Assembly: GCA_965279515.1 (NCBI GenBank)
Contig: CBDIID010000003.1
Location: forward strand, 3,616,001-3,680,000
Length of the DNA: 64,000 nt
Reading direction: 5' to 3'
Source: Turneriella sp.
GTDB lineage: Bacteria > Spirochaetota > Leptospiria > Turneriellales > Turneriellaceae
The notes beneath the pieces were generated by a model that saw only the letters and a list, made by a program, of their open reading frames with translations, searched no databases and was not told where the DNA came from. The position numbers and the translations under genes were made by a program. Of this stretch, positions 19,128 through 27,335 are shown in pieces. Numbering within the stretch: position 1 is the stretch's first letter; the number at the start of each line of letters is the position of its first letter.

Positions 19128-19215
19128 ATAATCTCCGGTTTTTGGCCCAACGTTTATTCTGCGAACCAATCCTAGAATCTTTCGTCAAACAATTAATCCC
19201 CATGCACCGACTGAG

Positions 19216-19478
19216 TCCTATCATGCGGATAATGCCCAAGGTCCGCTTGAACTTCCCTATTTCCCATGATTCACCCGCCGGTTCTGGCGGGGTATGTCAG
19301 AAAGAATCTCCATCGCCCAGCGCTGGCCCGCAAAACATCCGGACCGTATACAGCTCTATTCTTTTCCGACGCCGAACGGTGTCAAAATTTCCATCGCGCT
19401 CGAAGAGATGGGCTTGCCTTATGAAGCGCATCGCGTCGATATTCTCCAGGACGAAAGCCGCACAGTCGAATATCTTTC
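19216..19478 (+). pseudogene. Truncated duplicate of the gst upstream region and 5' end
   Basis: Near-identical to 20389-20650; encodes MSERISIAQRWP...DESRTVEYLS and then diverges. Confidence 0.85.
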
Positions 19479-19608
19479 AAGCGAATGTCGTTGCGGTCGA
19501 CCCAGAACGGTTCGAGGCCGCGACCTTCGGCATCGGAAATTTCGTAAGATAGCGATTCCTCTTTGTTATACCACTCGAGGGTCAGGGAGCCTTGATAAGA
19601 TTTTTGGT

Positions 19609-20007
19609 TTATTCCCAATCTTCTAGCCGAATGCCTGAGACTCGTGAAAACTCCTTTGTATTGTGGGTGACGAGAATTGTATCTTTTGCAACCGCCGTGG
19701 CAGCAATGAGAAGATCATACGGGCCAATCGGAGTGCCTGCTTTTTCGAGGGTAGCGCGAATTTCACCGCATTTATCGGCGATCTGGTCGTCGACGTGAAT
19801 ACTCGAAAAAGAACCAATGAATTCGCGAATCAACGGCAGTTTTTTCTGCGGATTGCTGCTCTTATGAGCACCATAGAGCAATTCAAAACGGACAATCGAA
19901 GGGATCGCAATATCCGCGCTGAGAGCTGCCGAGATTTTTTCTTTAACTTTCGGCGACGAGCCCTTCAGGATCTGAATACAGACGTTCGTATCGAGAATGT
20001 ATTTCAC
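19609..20007 (-). CDS. vapC: VapC PIN-domain toxin
   Basis: YILDTNVCI, FELLYGA, GTPIGPYDLLIAATA, LVTHNTKEFSRV, LEDW. Confidence 0.95.
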   Translation of the reverse strand: MKYILDTNVCIQILKGSSPKVKEKISAALSADIAIPSIVRFELLYGAHKSSNPQKKLPLIREFIGSFSSIHVDDQIADKCGEIRATLEKAGTPIGPYDLLIAATAVAKDTILVTHNTKEFSRVSGIRLEDWE

Positions 20008-20216
20008 AACGGTTCACGTTTTTCAAATTCACCCTGCGGCGCACGTTCCGGAAAATCGGGAATAGAGCCGAAGAAATCAGCTAATGATTTGCCACCCGCC
20101 GCTCTTGGCTCATCGACCAGAACGATAATTTCCCCACGTTTATGCGCCATGTCGCTCGGGATCGTCAAAGTAACGGTTTCAGGCAGGTCTTCATAGGTAG
20201 TACGCATCGCGTTCAT
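20004..20216 (-). CDS. Putative VapB-type antitoxin
   Basis: 70-aa ORF whose stop overlaps the vapC GTG start; acidic C terminus FFGSIPDFPERAPQGEFEKRE. Confidence 0.75.
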   Translation of the reverse strand: MNAMRTTYEDLPETVTLTIPSDMAHKRGEIIVLVDEPRAAGGKSLADFFGSIPDFPERAPQGEFEKREPL

Positions 20217-20465
20217 ATTTCCCTCAAATCAGCGTTTTCACAGTCGTGTACGGCGTCAAGAAACAGCCGCCGCAGCCGCCGCAGAGCAAAGCAAGCGCTT
20301 ATAATACCGTTCCCCAGGTTCAATTCAATGTGCTTGAAATCGGGAGACTTTTCGTCATAGTATCTTTCAGTAAGGTCTTCTTTCTAATTCCTATTATGCG
20401 GATAATGCCCAAGGTCCGCTGAATTTCCCTATTTCGCATGATTCACCCGCCGGTTCTGGCGGCAC

Positions 20466-21158
20466 ATGTCAGAAAGAATCTCGATCGCCCAGCGCTGGCC
20501 CGCAAAACATCCGGACCGTATACAGCTCTATTCTTTTCCGACGCCGAACGGTGTCAAAATTTCCATCGCGCTCGAAGAGATGGGTTTGCCTTATGAAGCG
20601 CATCGGGTCAACATTCTCCAGGACGAAAGCCGCACAGCCGAATTTTTGTCGCTGAACCCGAACGGGAAGATTCCTGCGATCATCGACCCGAAAGGGCCCG
20701 ATGGCAATGCTATCCGCCTGTTTGAATCGGGCGCGATTCTGCTCTATCTCGCGGAAAAATCGGGAAAACTTTTGCCCGTCGATGCCGCGCGCATGTACGA
20801 GACGATCCAATGGGTGTTTTTTCAGATGGCGGCGATCGGGCCGATGTTCGGGCAGCTGGGATATTTTCTAAAATTTGCGGGCAAGCAGATCGAAGACAAA
20901 CGGCCGCTCGAACGGTATGTCGAAGAATCGAAACGGCTTCTGGGCGTGCTCGACGCGCACCTGACCGGGCGTGATTGGTTCATGGGCGAAGAGTACACGA
21001 TTGCCGACGTGGCGCATATCGGCTGGGTCGAAAACCTGATCGGCTTCTATGGCGCGCGTGATCTCGTGGGTTTCGATAACTTTAAAGCGGTATCACGCTG
21101 GCTTGAGCGCTCTCTCGCCCGCCCGGCGGTGCAGCGCGGTCTGAAGATACCGGCTTAA
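20466..21158 (+). CDS. Glutathione S-transferase, YfcG/YghU (Nu-class) type
   Basis: YSFPTPNGVK, LNPNGKIPAI, LFESGAILLYLAEK, EYTIAD, RPAVQRG. Confidence 0.93.
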   Translation: MSERISIAQRWPAKHPDRIQLYSFPTPNGVKISIALEEMGLPYEAHRVNILQDESRTAEFLSLNPNGKIPAIIDPKGPDGNAIRLFESGAILLYLAEKSGKLLPVDAARMYETIQWVFFQMAAIGPMFGQLGYFLKFAGKQIEDKRPLERYVEESKRLLGVLDAHLTGRDWFMGEEYTIADVAHIGWVENLIGFYGARDLVGFDNFKAVSRWLERSLARPAVQRGLKIPA

Positions 21159-21203
21159 CTTTTCCGGTATTGCATCCGCAGGCTGCGCGGCGTACGGTTA
21201 TGC

Positions 21204-22202
21204 TCATGGTTTTACGGCCGAAATTGCGCCGCGGTGTATGGGGGGATAGCTCAGGCGCACGGATGCGCCAGAGCCAGCGCCGCCACGGAGGGCGTCTTTG
21301 CGCTGGCCCTCGATGCTCGTGCCATCGGCCGTGATGGCGTCGGCAAAACTTTTTTGCGGCGAAAACTCACTGCGACGCTGTTCATCCGCCGTGAGCTTTA
21401 TTTCGTGCAATAGCCGTACATCGGCAAAACCTGAGAAACGCAATTGTTCGCTGAGTGCCGCTACTGTCGGCATCGCATAGACGCCGCCAATGCCCGCATA
21501 TTTCCCCGCGGGGAAAATTTCGAGATGCGCCGGCGAAGGCACGGTCACTGATTCACAGATCAGCGTGCCGCCGGGCTTCAGCGCGGTTTTACAGGCATGA
21601 AAAATTTCAAGCGGGTTGGGGTCGTGGTAGTTCACGCCCATCAGAAAAATGACGTCGAAATACCCGGGCAGATGCCTCAGCGCCTGCCAGCCCAGCGGCA
21701 AAAAACCGATCGGGAGTTCGGGCGCGTGGCGCGTGATAAACTGGAACTGCAGCCAGTACTTGAGCGTCGGGTCAAAGCCCAAAACGCGGCGCGCGCCGGC
21801 TTCGGCGATGCGGAACAGGTAATAGCCGTTGTTGCAGCCGACGTCGGCGACAGTTTTCCCTGCGAGCGCAGGCAGGTCGCGCAGCAGGCGATCCCACTTT
21901 TTATCGGAGCGCCATTCGGCATCGATGGTCAGACCGTTCACACGGAAGGGCCCCTTGCGCCAGGGAATGAGATCGTTGGCGATACGCGCCGCATCGGCAG
22001 CTCCGCTTTGCTCTTCGTAATGGCCGTCAAAACCGACGACGCCGTCGCGGATCTCCATGCGCGCATCCTGGAAATGCAGTTTTTGTATGTCTTCGTAATG
22101 CGCGTTGAGCGGCGATGTCATAATAGCCGCGAGTTTTTCCTGCACGCCGCGGATCAGAACCGGCTGCGCGTCGGTGGGCAGCTCTTGCGGCGAAAAATTC
22201 AT
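21204..22202 (-). CDS. cmoB: tRNA U34 carboxymethyltransferase CmoB
   Basis: PWRKGPF, IDAEWRSDKKWDR, DVGCNNGYY, GFDP, MGVNYH; coupled to cmoA. Confidence 0.92.
   Translation of the reverse strand: MNFSPQELPTDAQPVLIRGVQEKLAAIMTSPLNAHYEDIQKLHFQDARMEIRDGVVGFDGHYEEQSGAADAARIANDLIPWRKGPFRVNGLTIDAEWRSDKKWDRLLRDLPALAGKTVADVGCNNGYYLFRIAEAGARRVLGFDPTLKYWLQFQFITRHAPELPIGFLPLGWQALRHLPGYFDVIFLMGVNYHDPNPLEIFHACKTALKPGGTLICESVTVPSPAHLEIFPAGKYAGIGGVYAMPTVAALSEQLRFSGFADVRLLHEIKLTADEQRRSEFSPQKSFADAITADGTSIEGQRKDALRGGAGSGASVRLSYPPIHRGAISAVKP
21249..21307 (+). repeat. GGA-loop double-hairpin element, copy 1 (in frame in cmoB)
   Basis: GGCGCA-CGGA-TGCGCC then GCCAGCGC[CGCC-ACGGAG-GGCG]TCTTT-GCGCTGGC. Confidence 0.7.
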
Positions 22203-22930
22203 CCGGGTTTGATGGCGAGGAATGAGGCGAAGTTATAACACTTGAAGAAAATCGAAACAGGATTGAAACCCGCCTCGCGCAGCATTTCGACATTCTCGCT
22301 GACACGGAACGGGATCAGCACGTTTTCGAGCGCATCGCGCTTTTCGGCAATCTCGAGCTTTGAATAGCCGTTGCGTTCCTTGAGCGCATGGTGGCGCGCG
22401 GCAAAGACACGCGAAACATCCGCCGAATCCTCGAGGCATTTCTCAGACAGAATCAGGCAGCCGTCGGCGGGCAGTGCGGTGAAGATTTTTTTCAGTAAGG
22501 TTTGTCGCGCCAGCGGCCGCAGAAACTGGAAGGTGTAGTTCGAGACGATGACCGAGGCTTGTTTGAAATCTACTTTTGTCATATCTGTTTGCTGGAAATC
22601 TACCTCTCTTGCCCCGGAATTAATTCCGGGGCAAGAGAGTCTGGCTTGCTTTATCATTTCCTCTGAAGTATCGATGCCTATGTAGGAAAATTTCTCCGCG
22701 CCGAATTCGGATATCAGTATGCGCACCAGAGCGCCCGTGGAACATCCGAGGTCATAGATGGTTGTTCCCGGTTGATAAAATTCCCGCGCCAGCTCTGCGC
22801 TCATCTGCAAAACTTCCTTGTAGAATGGCACCGAGCGCGAAACCATGTCGTCGAACACGTCGGCGACCTGCGCGTTGAATTCGAACGGAGTTTTACCCGA
22901 ACCGGGGTGCTTAAAGATTTCGTCTTTCAT
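22199..22930 (-). CDS. cmoA: Carboxy-SAM synthase CmoA
   Basis: FEFNAQVADVFDDMVSRSVPFY, YDLGCSTG, NYTFQFL, KERNGYSKLEIAEKRDALENVL. Confidence 0.95.
   Translation of the reverse strand: MKDEIFKHPGSGKTPFEFNAQVADVFDDMVSRSVPFYKEVLQMSAELAREFYQPGTTIYDLGCSTGALVRILISEFGAEKFSYIGIDTSEEMIKQARLSCPGINSGAREVDFQQTDMTKVDFKQASVIVSNYTFQFLRPLARQTLLKKIFTALPADGCLILSEKCLEDSADVSRVFAARHHALKERNGYSKLEIAEKRDALENVLIPFRVSENVEMLREAGFNPVSIFFKCYNFASFLAIKPG
22604..22639. repeat. Perfect 36-bp palindrome inside cmoA
   Basis: CTCTCTTGCCCCGGAATTAATTCCGGGGCAAGAGAG equals its own reverse complement. Confidence 0.9.
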
Positions 22931-22954
22931 GGTTGCCCGCAGGCGCCGGGCATA

Positions 22955-23494
22955 TTAGAAAATTTCATACCCCGCGCCCAGCGAAATGGCATGGTGGCTG
23001 CGGTTGGCAAGAATGACGTGGTGTACTGTAAAACCCAGCGTGAAGCCATGGCCGGTGAACGCGGGGTAATGCAGGTCGAAACCCCAGGCTGCACCGAAAC
23101 CGATCGAAGCATTGGAAAAATTGGGCTCATGCGAACCCGAGCCGCCGATACCGATCTTGCAGGTCACGTCTTCAAAAAAACAGGTTTTCTTTAAGCCAAT
23201 GACGACGGGCTGGTAACGGCTGGCGATCGTCGGTTCCTGGTGCGAATCGTTCTCAATCATGGGATGCCAGAACATCACGGTGAGATCAGGCTTGCGGAAG
23301 GTGTAACCCAATTCGACATTGCTGAAGACGCCCGAAGCGCGCGTGCCCGCTCCTGCGCCCAGTGCAAACTGGAAATGAAAACCGCCGCGGTCGATCGGCC
23401 TGCCGAAAACCGATGAGCCGGCCTTGCCCAGCATCGGCTCTACGGCGCTAAGCGTTGTGCAGCAGAGGATGAAAAGTGTCGGTAAGTATTTCAT
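22955..23494 (-). CDS. Hypothetical secreted/outer-membrane beta-rich protein
   Basis: Signal peptide, Gly/aromatic-rich strands, C-terminal YEIF. Confidence 0.6.
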   Translation of the reverse strand: MKYLPTLFILCCTTLSAVEPMLGKAGSSVFGRPIDRGGFHFQFALGAGAGTRASGVFSNVELGYTFRKPDLTVMFWHPMIENDSHQEPTIASRYQPVVIGLKKTCFFEDVTCKIGIGGSGSHEPNFSNASIGFGAAWGFDLHYPAFTGHGFTLGFTVHHVILANRSHHAISLGAGYEIF

Positions 23495-25257
23495 TCGGGT
23501 ATGCGGTTCCTTTCAGGCAGCATGTCGGCGCAGGCAATTGCGGTGATATAACGATAGGCATCTTCATTATTGCAGATGCGGATGGATTGCTCTTTGTCCT
23601 CCGGTTCGCGCATAGAGGCACTTCCTGTGCCGCGCGAACCATGGACATCCGTGTCCTCTGCTTCGCGCGCATCGACGACGGTGACTTTACGACATGCTGT
23701 CAGCGCCGACTCCTGCCGGATTTCCTTTCCCTTCTTGACCCCGGTCAGGTGGCAGGCGGCGTTCATGCCCGTGCGCATGGCAAAGCCGTGGCCGATAAAT
23801 TTAACCCAGTCGCCCGCATAATAGATATTGCCGCGCCCCTGCATCGGCGTTAACAGCTGATCCATGACGGCAATGTGCCAGAGATCCTGCGCGTGGTGGC
23901 GCCACACCCGGCTGAGAATCGGGTCTTTCGCGCGGCGCTGCGGGTTGAGGTGAATCAGCGGTTCGGGTTTGATATCGCCATAACCGAAAATATCGGCCGA
24001 GCGCCCGATGAGTTCGAAATGTTCGACATTGCTGTCGCGCTGGAAATAGTTGAACGCGCGGCGTTTGTTTTTTTCGGGCAGTACCGATTCGTCGCTGTGC
24101 AGGTCGACGATGACGGGGGTGTACCGCGCCTGGGCCAGGGCCCAGTCTTCCCACCATTCGGTCACGACAATATTGCGCGCGACATCGGCGGGTACAGTAA
24201 CGATCACACCGTCGAAGACATCATGGTGTGTCTGCGTCAGGTTGTCGGTCCAGGTGACGATCACCTTCCCGTCCTTGCGTTCGATGCGTGTCACCGGCGC
24301 GAAGAGCTGAATCTTGTCGCGGAAAGGGGCAGTCAGCCGCGCATAATATTCTTTGCTGCTGCCTTTGACGACCCAGGAGCCGTAACCGCGGCGGTAATCC
24401 ACCCATTTACCGGGGCCGGCATACATATTGAGAATAAAACGCGTCGACTGTTCATAAAAACCCTCGCTCGAAACGAATAACACGACGAGCATCGGTGTCA
24501 GGTGTGTTTCGCGGAATTTTTCAGAGAACCCGTTCTTTTTGAGCCACCAGCCAAAAGGCATGAGGTTGAGCGACGGATCGTTATAGTCGCGGTCGGCGAG
24601 GCGGTGGAAACGTTCGACTTCTTCCGTCAGGGTTTCCGGCGCTTCCGTTGCCCACTCGGTATCTTTTACCTTGGTATAATACGTGAGCCGGCTCATGGTG
24701 CGTTCGACGCCGTGGAGCGCCAACAGGGTTTTAAATTCTTTATAAGAGGAAGGCGCGCCGAAAATAAATCCTAAATCCACGGGATAAGTTTTGCCGCCAC
24801 TTTGAAAATCGTAACCAAGGGCATGGCCCCCGACATAGTCCGTGGCTTCGAAGACGCGGAAATCCACCTTGTTCTGGTGCAACACCCAGGCGGCGTGTGC
24901 ACCTGCGCTGCCGGCACCGATCACGGCAATCTTGCCATTCGTGATCTGCGGTGCGGGGTATTTTTTCGGTTTGAGTATGAAGAAGATAACGATGAGTGCG
25001 GCGGCAAAACCCAGGGGACGCACCCAGCCGCTGAAAAATTTCCGTGTGAACCTCAAAGGCTGGGCGAGTAGTTTTCGTCCCTTGCTGAAAACCGGCAATA
25101 CGACCAGAAGCAAGGCGATCAGAATACCCGGATATTCAAGGATGGGTCTTACGGTAGCCTTCCACGCCGCCGAGACGCTCAGGTAGAGCAAAAGTATCGT
25201 TGAGAAAAACGACCAGCTAAGATAAAAGATGATGCGAAACCAGCGTGGTACGATCAT
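23491..25257 (-). CDS. Membrane-anchored FAD-dependent oxidoreductase (amine-oxidase-like)
   Basis: Three N-terminal TM segments, IAVIGAGSAG, FEATDYVGGHA, PVDLGFI, QGRGNIYYAGDW. Confidence 0.8.
   Translation of the reverse strand: MIVPRWFRIIFYLSWSFFSTILLLYLSVSAAWKATVRPILEYPGILIALLLVVLPVFSKGRKLLAQPLRFTRKFFSGWVRPLGFAAALIVIFFILKPKKYPAPQITNGKIAVIGAGSAGAHAAWVLHQNKVDFRVFEATDYVGGHALGYDFQSGGKTYPVDLGFIFGAPSSYKEFKTLLALHGVERTMSRLTYYTKVKDTEWATEAPETLTEEVERFHRLADRDYNDPSLNLMPFGWWLKKNGFSEKFRETHLTPMLVVLFVSSEGFYEQSTRFILNMYAGPGKWVDYRRGYGSWVVKGSSKEYYARLTAPFRDKIQLFAPVTRIERKDGKVIVTWTDNLTQTHHDVFDGVIVTVPADVARNIVVTEWWEDWALAQARYTPVIVDLHSDESVLPEKNKRRAFNYFQRDSNVEHFELIGRSADIFGYGDIKPEPLIHLNPQRRAKDPILSRVWRHHAQDLWHIAVMDQLLTPMQGRGNIYYAGDWVKFIGHGFAMRTGMNAACHLTGVKKGKEIRQESALTACRKVTVVDAREAEDTDVHGSRGTGSASMREPEDKEQSIRICNNEDAYRYITAIACADMLPERNRIPE
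23603..23656 (-). repeat. GGA-loop double-hairpin element, copy 2 (in frame in the oxidoreductase)
   Basis: Minus strand: GGACA-CGGA-TGTCC then GGTTCGCGC[GGCAC-AGGAA-GTGCC]TCTAT-GCGCGAACC. Confidence 0.7.
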
Positions 25258-25258
25258 C

Positions 25259-25567
25259 TCAGACGCCGTCGCGCATGAAGCGGATGATGGCTAAAAGCTC
25301 GTCGTCGCTGCAGTTAAGGCAGCGCCCCGACGGCGGCATGCCGACAAAACCCTTGCGCACCGCGCGCAGAATATCCTGCGGGTCCTGGTTGCGGCGGATC
25401 TTCCAGTCATAGGTGGTTTTGCGTGTCGGAGCACCACCAGCGCCAATTTCATGGCATGCAGCGCAGTGTTGGGCATAGTGCTGCTTTACTTTCGGCGGCG
25501 CGCCGCAAAAGCTCAAAAACAGGGGCACGATGATTATCAGCCCAAAGGTGTAGTTTTTACCCTTCAT
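25259..25567 (-). CDS. Cytochrome c5-like (lipo)protein
   Basis: CAACH heme motif, GAGGAP, GMPPSGRCLNCSDDEL. Confidence 0.85.
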   Translation of the reverse strand: MKGKNYTFGLIIIVPLFLSFCGAPPKVKQHYAQHCAACHEIGAGGAPTRKTTYDWKIRRNQDPQDILRAVRKGFVGMPPSGRCLNCSDDELLAIIRFMRDGV

Positions 25568-25628
25568 GCAAGGAATTCGGGCGTTTTTTAGGAGCGCTTT
25601 AAAGTGAAAATGATTTTATTATGCGGCG

Positions 25629-27269
25629 CTACAGTATTCGCATGACGACCATCGTCATGTCATCATGCTGCTCTGCACCAGCCGCGAAATCGTCGAGATC
25701 GCGCACCAATAGATCGATCATTTCTTTGGGGTTTTTGTCTGCATATTCGGCGACTTTTTCGCGTACCCGTTTCAGTCCGAATTCTTCTTTTGTGTGGTTC
25801 CAGCATTCGGTGATACCGTCGGTGTAGAGCACGACAATATCTCCCGATTGCACAGTGAGTTTTGCCAGCCGGTAGACATTTTCTTCTTCGATGCCCATCG
25901 GCAGGCCTTCGAGTTTTGTCGAGGTGCACACCTTGCGGTCGGCGCGGTAGATGAAGATCGGGCCGTGACCGCCATTCGAAAACTCGATTGTTTTGCTCAG
26001 CGGATCAAAAATAAAGAACAGGATCGTCGCAAACTTGTCGATGTGCGCTTCGCCGCACATCACGCGGTTGATCGTGCGCAAGATCGTGTCGCCGCGAATC
26101 GTGTTGAATAATTTCAAATACGTGGAAACGACGGTCTTGATGACCACCATGACAAGCGACGCCGAGATGGATTTTCCGCTGACATCCGAAATCAGCACAG
26201 CGATACGGCCATCGGCCATGACCTGGAAATCGTAGTAGTCGCCGCCGATACCTTTCGCGGCACGCGTGAAACCCTTAATCTGGTATTCGGGTTTTTTCAG
26301 AAAGCGCTGCGGATTCATCCCTTCCTGGATCTCCTGCGCTTGTTTTAACTGGTCGTTAAAAACCGCTTGCTCTTTGGCTTCGCTGCTCGCGCGCTTTAAG
26401 CTTGCCGTCATGGTATTAAATTGTTTTGCGAGTTGCCCCAATTCGTCGCTGCCCAAGGGAGGCAGTGTAACGTCGAGATTGCCCTTGCTGACTTCTTCGG
26501 AACCTTTCGAGAGTACCTTCACCGGCTTTACAATGAAGCGCGAGAGCAGGTAGGCGGCGATCATGGCAAACACAAAGAATCCCGAACCAACAACGCCGAG
26601 TTCAATCCAGCTTTCGCGTATCGAACGGTTGATGTATTCGTCTGTGACGGCCACCTGGGCAACGGCTAAAAGCGGCGGATTGACTTTGACGAAGGGATGA
26701 AAGACCGCTTTATGAAAATACTGAATTTTTACGCTTTTGTCACCGAGATAAGGTTTTTCAACAATCTTCAGGAGTTCGGGAGACGTTGCGACCGATGAAT
26801 TCTGAACCTGCGGTTTTTTATCCTTGGCTTCTTCTTTCCTGGGTGGAGTTTCTTTTGTTTTCCGGTTTTCGGCGCTGTATCCTGCCTGCAGGCCGAAAAT
26901 ATTTTCCCATTCGGCGCGCACCGTTTCGAGCGCATCGCGTTCTATTTCTTTCTGTTTGTCACCCAGGGTCTTGCCGACGCGGCTGATGAGCGGTGCTCTT
27001 TTCGCGGGTGTATAAACAGCCCCGACGGCAAAGCCCGGCAGACCCTGCGCGTTCTGCAGCGAATCGGCCAGCGCCAGGTCGTCGCGGTCAAGTATGGCGC
27101 GTGAGGCAATAAAAGCGAGGCTGGCGAGCTCCTTACGCGCTGTCGCAGACGCGGTGTTCATCAAAACCTGCTTTTTTTCGCGGGCGACGTAAAAGGCGAG
27201 GGAGCCGATCACCGCGGTAATCAGGGCCACGATGAGGGCAGTGAGCTTGAATTGCAGGCCGAAACGCAC
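25629..27269 (-). CDS. HAMP-domain SpoIIE/PP2C-family phosphatase
   Basis: 2 TM, HAMP DELGQLAKQFNTM, IGGDYYDF, ISDVSGK, LYTDGITE, DDMT. Confidence 0.9.
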   Translation of the reverse strand: MRFGLQFKLTALIVALITAVIGSLAFYVAREKKQVLMNTASATARKELASLAFIASRAILDRDDLALADSLQNAQGLPGFAVGAVYTPAKRAPLISRVGKTLGDKQKEIERDALETVRAEWENIFGLQAGYSAENRKTKETPPRKEEAKDKKPQVQNSSVATSPELLKIVEKPYLGDKSVKIQYFHKAVFHPFVKVNPPLLAVAQVAVTDEYINRSIRESWIELGVVGSGFFVFAMIAAYLLSRFIVKPVKVLSKGSEEVSKGNLDVTLPPLGSDELGQLAKQFNTMTASLKRASSEAKEQAVFNDQLKQAQEIQEGMNPQRFLKKPEYQIKGFTRAAKGIGGDYYDFQVMADGRIAVLISDVSGKSISASLVMVVIKTVVSTYLKLFNTIRGDTILRTINRVMCGEAHIDKFATILFFIFDPLSKTIEFSNGGHGPIFIYRADRKVCTSTKLEGLPMGIEEENVYRLAKLTVQSGDIVVLYTDGITECWNHTKEEFGLKRVREKVAEYADKNPKEMIDLLVRDLDDFAAGAEQHDDMTMVVMRIL

Positions 27270-27335
27270 GAAGTCCGTAAAGTCGCCTTAGATTTGACAC
27301 CGTATGTCAAACACAAGTTAGGGGCGCCATTCATT

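Noticed and set aside
27252..27335. N-terminal extension of HtpG in the ORF track
   Set aside because: Overlaps the divergent SpoIIE gene start; the HtpG-like sequence begins at ATG 27336.
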